Both the position numbers and the translations under genes were made by a program. A stretch of 62,466 bases of DNA, the filler included, from Sluysia triapertura (taxonomy: Eukaryota), in NCBI GenBank assembly GCA_046118255.1. It is 5 parts of 5 records of this genome, joined end to end, with 100 filler letters (N's around TTAATTAATTAA, not from the genome) between each part and the next. Parts side by side here need not be neighbours in the genome. Positions count along the whole stretch, not along the records: positions 1 to 16,047 come from JBJNIA010212143.1; positions 16,148 to 27,491 come from JBJNIA010185735.1; 3 more parts are not named here. The stretch is one strand, 5' to 3'. The notes beneath the pieces were generated by a model. The model worked only from the letters and a program-made list of their open reading frames with translations, was not told the DNA's origin and ran no database searches. Shown here one piece after another: positions 11,610-24,915 of the stretch. The number at the start of each line of letters is the position of its first letter. Within the stretch, counting starts at the first letter, position 1.

Positions 11610-13453
11610 ATAACTTTCACCTAAAATTAAGTTCTTAAAATCAAATCAAAAATAAGGAACTTATTTACTATTAAATAAAAAGCAAATTAAAATTTATTGT
11701 TATTAGTATGACAAGATAACTAAAATGACAAAATTAACAATAGAGTTTATAATAATATTAAGAGTACTCAATCTAACTAAAATAACCAGGAGTGTCCCAA
11801 CAAACACTAACAATATCAATATTTATAAAGTTAATTATAATTATGCTACTTAAATATTTTTAGTTAACGTAACCAAGAGTAATCACGATTATAATAAAAA
11901 TTGTTGGGCAGAGATCCTTTCTAAAACTTAACAGTAATATCTAAAGTAGTAATATTTAATGTTTCGATAAAATAAATTTCATATGGTGTTTCCCACAAAA
12001 CTAAAATAAAATAATACAACTTACAATAAAAGTAGCACAATATTAACTTATATTAAAATTATCTTCCCTTTTATAAAATCAAAAATAAAATTAAAATAAA
12101 ATCAATTAATTACCTTATTTTAATTTTAAAATAATAAAATAACAAAAATAAAAAATAAATAAGAACATTACCCTATGCATGGATCTTAACTGGATAATTG
12201 CATAATTGTGTCATTGTTGTGTGATAAAAATTTAGAAATCTTTATTTTATACTAACTTAACATCCAATGAATTCCCAGTCTCACAACCAAACACTCTCTA
12301 ACACAAATCATCCATACGTTTTTGAGAATCAAACCGACAATAACAACTTTGACAACTACATGGTATGGTCTGTCAAACTTCATTAGGTACAAAACATAGA
12401 TATCTCATTTATTATCAACCATCATTTCCTTTTACTCTACTCAATCTACTTTTACTTGAATTACTTCTCATGTTAAAATATTATTAACATACATAAAAAT
12501 AATGAATTTAATTTCACTTTCTATTATTTTTCTACTTTTCACACCAAATTTTCTAATGAAAAATGTTTTAAGATTCTTATTCTCAAACGAACCATTTTAC
12601 AAGCATTTCGAACTCACTTACAGATTCTCCTCTTTCATAGCAATCATCTCATATTCCATTCGTCTAATTTTCATTACCCTAAGTACTAAAAATTCAACAT
12701 TCCATAATTAAAAATTAATTAAAATTTGACTTTGCTCATTATTAAAGCTTTCCTCACATGAACTCGGTCAAACCACATCTACATCGAAAGGTCTTTTCAA
12801 AACAAATACGTACACAGTTTCGTATTTAACATAGCATTCCGCATTCAAAAGTTATTCACAAAAACTTAATTTTTCTTAATTAAATTAATTAAGATTTTTA
12901 ATTAATTAATCTATTTTTAGACTTATTCTTATTTTATGTTTAAAGGTTTTATTAAGGTTCCAAGGCTTTCTAGTAATTTATAAAGCATTAAGGAGGCTCT
13001 AGATGTTTTCACCTTCACCTCTCTGATTCCTTTTTCTATTTCTTCATGTTTATTATTACCACATTAAACTTATTTTTATTATTTTGAACCAAGATTTTAT
13101 TTCTCTAACATTTTGAAAATTTTATAGACTTTATAATATTACTCGAAGAACTATGATGCTTATCAAGGTTTCCAGAATTCTTAAAGGTTAATAGAGTGTT
13201 AGATGACCTCAAAATTAATAAATTCAAAGGTGTTCTAATACCTTCATAAGTTTTTTAAGTCCTCTTCAGGTATTTGGAATGTCAAGGTATTCATTAGCTG
13301 TTAACACTATTATAGATGTTTTATTTTTCATGATTCTTATTCCAACAGTGTTTATCATGTTCAATTCATTACTTTGTATCAGTTTTTCCTTCATTTTATG
13401 ACTTTATATATTTCTCACTCATCTTCAGATCCATATTTGGGTAATCCCAAAAC
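11610..13453 (-). repeat. Repeat family A, ~1.9 kb non-coding dispersed repeat (possibly a long LTR)
   Basis: Colinear with 19259-21340 (inverted) and ~27900-29508, sharing blocks such as 'ttctcctctttcatagcaatc' and 'gcattcaaaagttattca'. No ORF is conserved between copies. Confidence 0.85.
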
Positions 13454-14297
13454 CAACAATTTTGTAGATAAAATCATTATTAAATTTTAAATTGTAATGC
13501 ACCGTAAGACTCATACAAAGGCATTGAGAATATTAAGTTTGATAAAGTTAAACTTTTCTATTTATACAGAACCTTAATAAAATCAAATTAATAATTTCGT
13601 GAACAGATAAATAGATTTAAAATCTTATTAAACTCGCCAGAAGGCGGAATAGGTATAAACAAAGCCTTATTTGAATAAACTTTAGTAACAGTTGAGTAAC
13701 TGGTAACTCTCTAAGTAAATTAACCTCCATCATCGTATGGACTAGCTGTAAATCGTAAAACTTGTTAAACATATGTTTTTAGTAGCACTTAACAATCAGA
13801 AGTCCACATTAATTAATTAAAATTTAAAGATGTCATTTATTTTTGAATTTAGCGATTGAAAATCATTTAATTTCAAATAAACATCACGAGAACAATTTCT
13901 AAGTTAATTCGAGGTTATCATTAGGAGTTTGGGTTAAAACTCGTAGCTAACATAATTAGAGGATTACAAAAGTAACAAAATCAAAGTGAGTATGGACATT
14001 TTACAATTCCTTATAATACAAGAGTAATTTTGGCTAATATTTCTCAACATATAAAATTAAATTATTATTACCACAATCTTGGAATCAACAAATTACAAAA
14101 TAACAAATTTAAATATTTTAGTTTTGGTTTTAAGTTTATTTGTTAAAATACATTGATAACCTTATAATATACTTTAGCGCTACATTATCAAATTACATAA
14201 GACATTTAATTAATTTTGAAGAACATGCATTTTTAAAATTATTGAAATGTATTTTATCACACTCATTGATTTATAGCTTAAGAAACCTATATAAGAT

Positions 14298-15223
14298 ATG
14301 CTAGAAGACGACGATGAATCTGATATTAATGATGTGGATTCAGAAGTATAATAAATTAAATTTATATTATTCAATAGATATATTTATCCATATCAATACA
14401 AAATAAGCAACTTGGGTGTTCATTTTTTGACGCAAAAACTAGTATTATTTATGTTATGGCGGACTTGGAAATTGATAATAAATTCGAAATTATCTTTCAA
14501 AGTAATTCGTAATTTTCTAATAACATAAGCAAATAGTAATTTTAGAAATTAAACCAACTTCGTTTGTTACAACAAAACAAATTTATGAGAAAATGAAAGA
14601 CATATTTAAAGATGATGAGAATGGAATTGAACTTTCAGAAGATGCATTTAAATTTTGTAACTAGTTCAGATATGTCTTATAATTTATCATTACGGAGAAT
14701 TAATGAAATATCTATTCCTTGTATGAAAAACATGTCAGAACAAGAAAAGAATATTTTCTTGAAATCTTTTATACCAACACAATCATATAATATGATTAAA
14801 TCGTTTGGTGGTTTAATAAAATATATCGAGCATAAAAGAATAGGTGTGGAATTGGAAAGTCAGATATCAAAAATACCTATTTTAGATATAAAAGTTTTTA
14901 CTTTGCACGATGCTATGTTTGTAGATGAAAATAGTTTACGTTCACTAAATATTTTTCATAAATTAAGTCATCAATCTGGTTTTAAAAAGGGTCTTAGGCA
15001 GTCGCAATACGTTTCTAAAGAAGGACCTAGTATTTTTAATTTGATCAATGCAACCCATTCGAAAATGGCATCAATTACTTTGGCAAATTGGTTGCGAAGA
15101 CCGTTAATTAAGGAGAAGGATATAAGAATGAGATTGGATGCAGTTACTTTTTTCAGTAAAAGTCAAAATTCAGAGCTTCTTCAAAGTATTCAACAAAAAC
15201 TTAAAGGTATTGGAAATATTAAA
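14298..15223 (+). CDS. MSH5: MutS homolog 5 (meiotic), 5' exons: 14298-14345, 14378-14501, 14537-15223
   Basis: 'IYLSISIQNKQLGCSFFDAKTSIIYVMAD', 'FGGLIKYIEHKRIGVELE', 'VDENSLRSLNIF', 'KEGPSIFNLIN', 'WLRRPL' and 'IRMRLDAVTFF' match the MSH5 N-terminus. GT-AG introns of 32 and 35 nt. One extra base near 14653-14656 breaks the frame. The rest of the gene is not in this contig. Confidence 0.9.
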
Positions 15224-15629
15224 GTAAGGATTAATGTTATTTAAAAGTTTTTTGATAATCTTTTAGTTTTAATAAAATATTTACATAAAGTTAACAAATA
15301 ATGTTTATAATTATTTTTAATCGTAAATTGTTTAAAAGACCGTACCTTAATCGCTTATTTATATTTTAATTGAACAGTCGATTATAATTAAATAAAGTTT
15401 AATATTGCAACAAGCATAAAATTTATTTAATATTCGCATTATTCTTTTTCTGGAGTTAAACTTTTTTTATTTTGTCAAATTATGAAGTTTATGTTAAATT
15501 CGTTGACCAACTTTTGAGAATTTACGTTGGTGTATAAGTTATTTTCCATAACACTTTTTTCAACGGTTAACTTAAATAAACTTTTTGTTTGCTGTATTTA
15601 TCACAAAAAATTTCTAACGTTTATTTCCA

Positions 15630-15817
15630 TAATATAAAATTCGTAATTTTGAAGAATAACTATCTCTGTTCCAATCAATATATTATTACAATTATAAAAT
15701 AACGTTTTGTGGTTTATAGAAATTCCCTGAGATTGTGCCGCTAACTTCACAATTTTGAATATAAAGCGACGGTTTCCCAGTACTTTTCGGACCAACAACA
15801 TCTCCGATAGACTCCAT
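15630..15817 (-). pseudogene. Possible small-GTPase (Rab-like) N-terminal relic
   Basis: 'MESIGDVVGPKSTGKPSL' resembles a P-loop (GxxxxGK[ST], with P at the last position). After a shift, 'QGISINHKTL...EIVILQ' resembles the switch-I/beta2-beta3 region. Confidence 0.3.
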
Positions 15818-16047
15818 TTTAATATTAATGTAAATAAAATATTTATTGTTATAATTTTGAAATACTGAATTAAATAATTTCTTAAAATAAATTACTCAAG
15901 GAAACCTTTCAAAAGATGCATTCAAAAAGAAAATAAAAGAAAAATAAGAAGCTGTGGAATAAACAAGAACATCATAGACGTACAAAGACATGAATTAATA
16001 ATAAGACGAATATAAATATAGAATAAATTTAAGACACATGAATATAT

Positions 16048-16147
16048 NNNNNNNNNNNNNNNNNNNNNNNNNNNNNNNNNNNNNNNNNNNNTTAATTAAT
16101 TAANNNNNNNNNNNNNNNNNNNNNNNNNNNNNNNNNNNNNNNNNNNN
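16048..16147. other. Artificial contig spacer (N-TTAATTAATTAA-N)
   Basis: 100-nt N block with a six-frame stop linker; same structure at 27492-27591, 38677-38776 and 49655-49754. Confidence 0.95.
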
Positions 16148-17006
16148 TGTCTTGAAGTTTGTCCATTAAAAATAGGAGACGGTGAACTATTGTTAATTAC
16201 AATTTGATTTCTATTTGAATTCATTTGATTGGAATTTGATGAACTATCAGAATTTTGATTATATGACTTATATAAATGAAACCATGCTTGAGCCAAATGA
16301 AAATTAAAACCACTCTTAGATACCGGAGCTTCTGTATTTTTAGCACTTAAACCGGCTTGTGGAATTTTAATAGATACTGGTTGTCGTTGGTTTTTACTAC
16401 TTGATTTTTCTGTAGTAGATTGAGGTGCTACGTTAACAACAGGTATTAAATCACGACTTCCGATGTTTCGAATTTTTGTATTTCTTGCCTGTTTTGGATT
16501 AGTGAAAATTGTGGTACTGCTGATTGTCGTACTTGTATGTCTAATTGATGTTACTGTAGGTTTGCGTGTTGTTGACGAGGTTATCTGAGGTATATTTAAT
16601 TGAATGGAATTAGATGTGATACCTTGGAATATGCACGTCCATTCTCCAGGTACCAGATTCTTGTGAAAGGTCAGTAATTTATTTATGTCAAGATAATATG
16701 TTATTCTAACATGATCTGAATCCTTTTTTTACCATAATCGCATTTAGTGATGACCGACAGAGGATGATTGCTGAGGTCGCTACATTCACCATTGACATAG
16801 ATACACACCACAGTACAATTGGCATAACAGTGACCTTCGAAATTAAGCGGTCATTCAAGATAACCTTTAAATTTAGCCACATCATTACCAGTTAAGGAGC
16901 AAACAATTATTTTTTGATTATTTAATTCCCATTGAGCAATATGTACACTACGATAGCAAAAAGCGTCACGAAAAATTAATACAATCAACAACAACTTCAG
17001 CAGCAT
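16148..17006 (-). pseudogene. Secreted/surface protein: signal peptide, Ig-like Cys/Trp domain, Ser/Thr mucin stalk (disrupted)
   Basis: 'MLLKLLLIVLIFRDAFCYR...IIVCSLTG...YLE*P...' then 'KNLVPGEWTCIFQG...ITSSTTRKPTVTSIRHTSTTISSTT' open to the gap. In-frame stops and one frameshift. Confidence 0.55.
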
Positions 17007-17414
17007 ATATTGAAATAATTATTATTTGGAGCCATTATACATTCATCATCATATAACTGAAAGAAGAAAATTATGTTGCTACTATAAGAAGTATTTAATT
17101 ATGCTTTAGAATATTAAATTTTTTTAATTTTTGTAAAAACACTATGTAAAAATAAAGTAATAAAATTAATAAATTGTAATAAAACTATTTGATTTTATAT
17201 AAATTTGTTTAAATGATATTTAATTTATATAAGCAACAGAAGGTCATTTTTTATTACTAAAATTTATAAATTTTTATTAAATAATTTTTATATTTTATTT
17301 TATTATATGAAAGCAAAAGCATATATTTTTTAGTTTATCAATTTTACACAAACAAAATTTTGTATTTTGAAGTTGAAGTATTCAGTGTAATATGAAATTA
17401 TATTACTATATAAA

Positions 17415-17912
17415 ATGAATGATGAAATTAATGTTTTACAAATAGGTTTGAAACTTGAAAATGGTAGTCCTAGAATAATATTTATTTATCGAAAATCTAA
17501 TAAACGTCGGAAACATACAATTAAATTGGTAGATTTTAATAAATCATCCAATATTTTAAATTATTTCGATGATTTGAAACAGAAAGATGAACATAAATTT
17601 TTATTCAAGTGTATTAATGATGTTCAGATAATTAGATTTCTTTCAATCGTACAAGATAATTTAAATGGGTTGTCTATAAAAGAAAGTATAGAACGAAATA
17701 AAGCAATTGATAGAATAGATCCGAATGAAAATTTGAATAATTTAGATGATGCAGATTTGATGCGTAAAAAAGCAATTATGGATGAAACATTCACAAAAAA
17801 TCAAGTGAAACCTACAGATCCAAATTACCGTTACGATGTTGAAGTTAATTTTTCCAGTGATAAATTAGAAACGAATGATTGGGATTCAGATGAAGATTTG
17901 ATCGGTTTTTGA
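17415..17912 (+). CDS. CEP19: Centrosomal protein of 19 kDa
   Basis: 'PRIIFIY...KRRKHTIKLVDF' and 'DPNENLNNLDDADLMRKKAIMDETFTKNQVKPTDPNYRYDVEVNF...WD' match CEP19 along the full length. Single exon. Confidence 0.92.
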   Translation: MNDEINVLQIGLKLENGSPRIIFIYRKSNKRRKHTIKLVDFNKSSNILNYFDDLKQKDEHKFLFKCINDVQIIRFLSIVQDNLNGLSIKESIERNKAIDRIDPNENLNNLDDADLMRKKAIMDETFTKNQVKPTDPNYRYDVEVNFSSDKLETNDWDSDEDLIGF

Positions 17913-18211
17913 AGATTTGTTTTACTAAAATAATGTATTGCTTTTTTCTTATAAAAGTTTAATAAATAGATTTAAGTACAAAAATATTAAAATGTGTTTT
18001 ATATAACTCTGAATTAATTATCACAACAATAGACGCCATTTGATAATGCATTAATTAATTTAATAAGGTTAATATTTAATCCGTTTAATTCATTTTTGTG
18101 TTATTTTTAATGTAACATCTTCAATTATCTTTTTTTCATTTAATAATTGAAGATATTGAACTATCAAATTAATGAAAATTTGGTTTAATCTGCTTTTAAT
18201 ATGATCTATGG

Positions 18212-18741
18212 CAAAGGTGTGCAAACTAGGGGCGCTAAAAATTTTAAAATTGTTAGATTTTACAAATAATGTTTTGCTTTTTCTTTGAATATTTTTTGTT
18301 TTTTACCGATTCAAGTAATTCTCCATCATCTAATTCCATAATTAACTTTCTTGATGTAGAACAAGCATCAAGAATAAAATTACAAAGAAATATACTTACA
18401 AATTCATAAAGCAATTAAACATACGCACTAGAGATGTTATGCTATTTGGTATTCTGCTATTTTTTAGCTGTTAATTAAAAATAACGTTTAACAGCTACTT
18501 CTATCACAATCACATAATATTTCACAAATATAATATTGCATTTTGATATAAAGAATTAGAACTCTTGTTCATAATTTATTTAATTTATAAGAAACAGAAA
18601 AATGCATTTTGTTATTAAAAAGGTATTTATTTTATTTATGGAGTTTTTTTATAGTGGCGTTATGATTTTTTATTAAGTTGGGAGCGCCAAAAATAAATAT
18701 GTTGAAATTGGAGTGCAACTTAAAAAGTTTGCGCACGCCTA
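18212..18741. mobile_element. Non-autonomous hAT-type MITE
   Basis: Imperfect 16-bp TIRs (CAAAGGTGTGCAAACT and, reverse-complemented, TAGGCGTGCGCAAACT) flanked by a perfect 8-bp TSD ATCTATGG (18204-18211, 18742-18749). Confidence 0.85.
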
Positions 18742-19258
18742 ATCTATGGGACCCTTGCAAGTTAAAAATTTGTTCTAGTATTTTATTTTTCAAAAATATC
18801 AAGATAAAATATATAATTTTATATAAATATCACTGTAAAAGAAATCATTTAAATAAGGTATAAGTTGGACTCAAAATCTTCACAAATTTCACGCTGGCTT
18901 AAGCCAGTCAAAAGTACCACACAGTTCCATTAGAGTAACATCTAATGAAACTATAGTATATAATTATTTTTATATATTTTATTTTAAATTTTGATAATTT
19001 TTTTGTGTTATTCGTATTTTGAATTAATAGAACTTCATATCGTTATTGTTATAATATTTATTAATAATGTAAGAGTAGTGGTTATATATAAATGATTTTT
19101 CATTTTAATCTGCGTGAATCCATTACGATATTAGACTTACTGACTTAAGGGCTAAAACGTAAGTGACATATAAAATAGTTATTTGGAGGTTTTTATATAA
19201 AATGTCGATGGCCACGGAACTAATATCTACAGAACTAATATGATGATGTCAGAGGTTT

Positions 19259-21340
19259 AGTTGGTATTCCTAATTGTGAATCAGGAAATAAGGGAGAAAC
19301 ATATAGAGCTATAAAATGAAGAGAGAACTGGTATAAATTCATGGATTAAGCATTATAAATATTGTCGAGAAAAGAATCATCATGAAAATAAAAACATTTA
19401 TAATAATTTTAACATCTAAAGAATACCTTGACATTCCAAAGACCTATATGAGGTGTTGAGACCTTGTGGAAGCTTGAAAAGGATTTAGAGGGCCATGAGG
19501 GCGTTGAGGTACCTTTGGGTTTATGAACCTTGAGATCATCTGAGACTTTATTAACCTTTAATCATCCTTGAAACCTTGATAAGCATTTAAGATCTTCGAG
19601 TGATGTTTAAAATATTTGAGAATTAAAATCATTGTTTAAAATAATAAAGATAAGTTTAATATGGTAATTATTAACATGAAGAACAAGAAAAATGAGTCAG
19701 AAAAGTGAAGGTGAAAACATATAGAGCCTCCTGAATGCCTTATTAATTACTAAATAACCCTGGAACCTTAATAAAACCTTTAAACATAAATAAAACTAAG
19801 TCAAAAAATAGATTAATTAATTAAAATCTTAATTAAGAAAAAGTACGTTTTTATGAATAACTTTTGAATGCGGAATGCTATGTTGAATTTGAAACTGTGT
19901 GTGCATTTGTTTTGAAAAGACTTTTCAATGAAGGTATGGTTAGACAGATTTCATGCAAGGAAAGCCTTAATATTGAGCAAAGTCAAATTTTAATTAATTT
20001 TTAATTATGGAATGTTGGATTTTTAATACTTAGAGTGATGAACATGTGATAAATGGATTGCTATGAAAGAGGAGAATCTATTGGTGAACTCAAAGTGTTT
20101 GTAAAATGGTTTATTTGAGAATAAGAAGCTTAAAACATTTTTCATTAGAAACTTGGGTGTGAAAAACTAGAAAACGATTAAATTCTGAAAACTAAAAGTA
20201 AATTATTTATTTTTTATGTATGTTAACAATAATAATGATTTTTATTTTAATGGAGAAGTAATTTAAGTAAAAATAGATTGAGTAGAGTAAATAAAAATGA
20301 TGGTTGATAATAAATCAGATTTCTAAGCTTGACAGACCGTATCATGTAATCGTCAAAGTTGTTGTTGTCGGTCTGATTCTCAAAGAGGTTTGGATGATTT
20401 TTGTGAGAGAGTGTTTGATTGTGAGATTTGGAATTGATTGGATGACGAGAGAGTATAAAATATAGATTTCTAACACACAAGAACAGCAATAACAGAATTA
20501 TGTATTTATTCAGTGAAGATCTATGCATAGAGTAAAGTTTTTAATTTTTTATTCATTTATTTATTTATTATTTTGTCAAAATAATATAAATAATTAACTT
20601 TATTTTAATTTGAGTGATTTTAATATAAGCTAATGGCCTGTTATTTTTAGTTAATTTTAGCTGTTACTAAAATAATTTTCAGAGAGACTCCCTACGCAAA
20701 TTTTTGTTAAGACCATATTTGATTTTTAGTTATTTTTAAGGTAATTAATTGAGAAACATTTTACCTAATATTTGTTAAAGATTCTTTTTAGATTATATTT
20801 GATTTTCAGCTATTTTATAAGGTGAATTGAGACAAATTCCCCATGCAATTTATTCTACCAAAATATTAAGTATTTTATCTTTATAAATTACTGTTAAGTT
20901 TTTCTTTAAAATTATTATTACCAAAGAATTTTATTGTAATCTTAATCACTCGTTGTTACGTTGACCAAACGTATTTAAATAACATAATTACTATTAATTT
21001 TCTAGATATTGATATTATTAGTGTCTGTTCCGTCACTCCTGGTTGCTTTGTCTTAATTAGATTGTAATATCCTTGATTTTATTGTAAACGCGATTGTTAT
21101 TTTTGTCATTTTAGTTGTTCTTAGTATTTACTAAAGATTCTTCTTGATAATAAATTATATTACGTTTTTTTGTTTAAGAGTACATTATTGTCTTAGTTTT
21201 GATTTGATTTTTAAGAACTTAAATTTCGGATAATAGTTATTAATATTATAAAAGATCGTTGCAAAATTATACTTGATATACTGACTATTTAAATTATTAA
21301 GGTTCCTTTAAGCTAACCAAGTTAATATGGAGTTGTAATA
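19259..21340 (+). repeat. Repeat family A copy
   Basis: Inverted homologue of 11610-13453. Confidence 0.85.
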
Positions 21341-21342
21341 AC

Positions 21343-21438
21343 TGTGAGAATAAAAGAAAAGAGAAAAGTTTATTTAAAACTTATTGTGAGTTCACCAACG
21401 TACTGGACTTACCAGCGAGGGCCAGCCGTTGGATTTTT
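21343..21438 (-). repeat. Family B LTR-like 3' end with hairpin (copy 2)
   Basis: Hairpin core identical to copy 1; ends TCTCACA(G). Confidence 0.8.
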
Positions 21439-24400
21439 AATGAGTAAAAGTTTAACTAAATTTGCTTAACAACGTAAATCAATGTTAGTTATATATCTTA
21501 CACTTATCTCGCTTCTGGAGTTTATTTTCCAAAAAATTACTTATTAAATATTAGAAATTAAAATGAATTGCTCACATGAAGAGGTATACTCTTCGGTATT
21601 CAAAAAATATTAAAAATTTAAATAAGGTTATGTTACACAGAATCCCGTTACATGGGATCGATTGAATGATTTTACGTTCTAGAATTATATTCTAGTATTT
21701 GAAATCAAATGAGGAATTTTAAATCAAATAAAATAATTTAAGTATATAAAAATTTATTAATACATAAATTATTAACACAATAATATAATAATAATGCAGA
21801 ATTTTGCCTATAACTAGGTATAACTAGTTATGTTAAATTTAGAATTTTATAAAATGATTTTTCTTTTAACCCTTATATGGTTCATTTAAGAATTTAAGAT
21901 TTTAACCTGGATTTTACTTATGATAACATTTTATCAAAAACTTAATAAAAATTATACTAACGTGACTTTTTAAAGATTTTTCAAGTAACTGCGTGACTAA
22001 AAATTTGTAGAGATAATTGTGAAAATAAATGTACAAAAACTTTTAAAAAACTTTTTTGTGAAAACTTTGTGTGAATTATTGTAAATTGCTTTATCTTATA
22101 TAATGTTTTAACCTGACCTTGAGAGGTCAGATTAAAACAAATTAAAAATTTTATAAATAATAATTTTTGTGTAGTCACGTTATTATAATATTTAATAAAG
22201 TTAACAAAATTTCAAAATTAAAAATATTTAAATATTTAAAATTAACAAAAATTCAAAATTAAAAATATTAAAAATATAACGTACTTTGAATCTAATAACA
22301 CAAATTTAGTTCCAAAAATTTTTAAAATAAATAATTATCAATTTATAAATTATCAATAAATGATTATCAATTTATCATAAATTATCAATATAACACAAAA
22401 ATGATTCATCTTCACATATTCATCACATATAATAAAATATCATTCATAACATAATTAATAAAATTTTAAACACCCGATAAAACAATTTGTTGAAAAAGTG
22501 TAAAGTGTAAACATTTTGTAATTTACATTTTGTAAATATTGCTAAATATTTCTATAATTCTAAAATGCTAAAATAAATAACATTTTTAATTTTTAATATT
22601 AGTTTCTAATTATAATAATATTAACTACTTTATTTCTGTTTTATTTTACAAATTTTATTGATATACATATTTAAGTAAAATTTAAAAAATTAAAAAGTGT
22701 CTAAATAGTTGTTATTAATTATTAAAACTTTATTATTATTATTATTGTCATTATTTATTTTCAAAATATTATAATATTAACTTAAAAAGTATTTAATTAT
22801 CAAATTAGTCAGTATAAGTTAATTAGTCATCATAAATTAAAGTTAAGTACAAGTTAGTAAAGCCGTTGTAAGAGCTATAAGTAGCAAGCTAATTTTGAGA
22901 TTAATTTAGACACAGTTCTTATAAAGTTATCGATCGAAATATCACAGTCATTTCACAAAAAAGTGTATTTCGCAAGGTAAAACAATATTTTTTACGAGTT
23001 CAAAAATCTGACAATATTGTTAATCAATTACAAATTAATAATTCAATAACTTTGAAAGCATCATAATTTTGAAAATGAGTGAAACAAGAAAAGATAAAAT
23101 TCGTCATTTAATATCTTTTGAAATTACATTTTTTTGATTTGAAGTAAAGTTTAAAGTCGTTAGTTTAAATTTATTAAGAATTAGTTAATTTAATTAAAAC
23201 AAATAAATCATTACTTAAATTATTTGTTAATCTAATAACATTCGGTTCGCGTTTAAAGGATCTGGCATAAGAGATATAACTGTTGATTTTATATTATCAA
23301 AGTATTTGATAAATTAAATTTATATTGATATTATTACTGATTATTGATTTTTAAATATAGTTTTGTGGTAATATTTTAGTGTAATAAGCTATTTATTAAT
23401 ATTGAATCTTTAATAAGCTATTTATTGATAATAAATTTTTTGATCAAGATTTTTAAAACATTGTTAAAACACTCAATTTAAATTAAGTGAATATAACTCC
23501 TTACGTACTAGTAAAATACAGAGTTATAAAAACCATAAAAATCTAAGAAAACATAATAATATTGAATAAATAATATAAGAACAAATAATATAAGAATAAA
23601 TAATATAAAATTCGTTGTAAATTCAAGATCATATGGTAAAGGTATTTTTGGAGGTATTTTTAGTATTCGTAGTATTTAGTATTTTATAATTAGATAAAAA
23701 AATTAATGTATTTCGAATTGAAATTATCATTAAATAAAAATTTTTATTTTTAAATATTGTAAAATAAAATTATTAAAATATTAAATATTTGAAATTATTA
23801 TTTATTTAAAAAATTTATTATTATAATTTTTATCGTAAAATAAATTATTATTAACAAATAAATATTTAAAATTTATAACAAATAATTATTAAAAAATTTT
23901 ATTATTAGTATTATTAAAACAAAATCACCAAAACTACTGTTGGTGTACAATAAAAAAATTATATAAAGAATAAAAAATTCTTGTTTTGTCACACCAAAAA
24001 AGGAAAAAAAAATTATTACTAATATAAATTTTTTTAATCGTTTGGAGAAAATTATAAGAAAAGAAGATATCTACATTTAAGAAGAAGATATTTATATTTA
24101 AGAAGAATAAGATATAAAAATTTTTGGTTTATTATTGTTTTATAATAATGGTTTATTGAAAAAATAGAAAAATCAGAGAAAATTCATTTAAAACATTTAC
24201 AAACTGATATACATTCTTATATCCTTCTGTTCATTATAAATTTAACAAATGGTTCTAGCAAGTCTTATTGTTTTTTGTAATTATTATTTTCACATATTTA
24301 ACATAATAATATAATATAATTTAACATAACATAACATAATATTTTAATAATATTATTAAATTTTTGTTCAAATTATTGTTCTTTTAAATTAAAAATTTTA

Positions 24401-24860
24401 CTTTTACCGACCTTGATATTTGTTGGTAATTTTTTAAAATCTTATAAAGTTGGTTTATCCTAATCGTAGCAAATTAGCGTTAACTAAAACATTGATGAAA
24501 ATACCAAATTTTCTTTCGAAGGCTCAACTTATAATATGTAAATTTTTTATTTAAAAAAGTACATCGACATTTCATAATACATAAATCACAAATAAATTCC
24601 TCATTTTAACCATTGTAAATTCTAACGCTTAATTTCTTTATTATCGCATTATCAAATAATGCATTACATTATTCAATTCAAATTCGTAAACCCTATCATC
24701 TTACCAAGACTACACTTTATAAAGACTACATAACTTTATAATATTTAACCTAGTCAAGTTCTCAAAGATGTTCAAGACCGAAACATAATAAGAAAGAACC
24801 TTATCTTAACTTGAATATGTTTAATTGAAAAAATTATTATTAATTATTCAAAATAATAAA

Positions 24861-24861
<1 letters not shown>

Positions 24862-24913
<52 letters not shown>
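24862..24913. repeat. (AAT)n microsatellite
   Basis: Direct reading. Confidence 0.9.

Positions 24914-24915
<2 letters not shown>

Noticed and set aside
10532-13453. Apparent TIR element bounded by inverted TGTTGGGATT ends
   Set aside because: Better explained as two independent family A heads in opposite orientation; the same head occurs unpaired elsewhere and no TSD was seen.
16148-17006. Alternative genetic code suggested by in-frame TGA/TAA stops in relics
   Set aside because: Intact genes (CEP19, SLC25A51, EXOC7) end at standard stops with none internal, and the relics also carry frameshifts.
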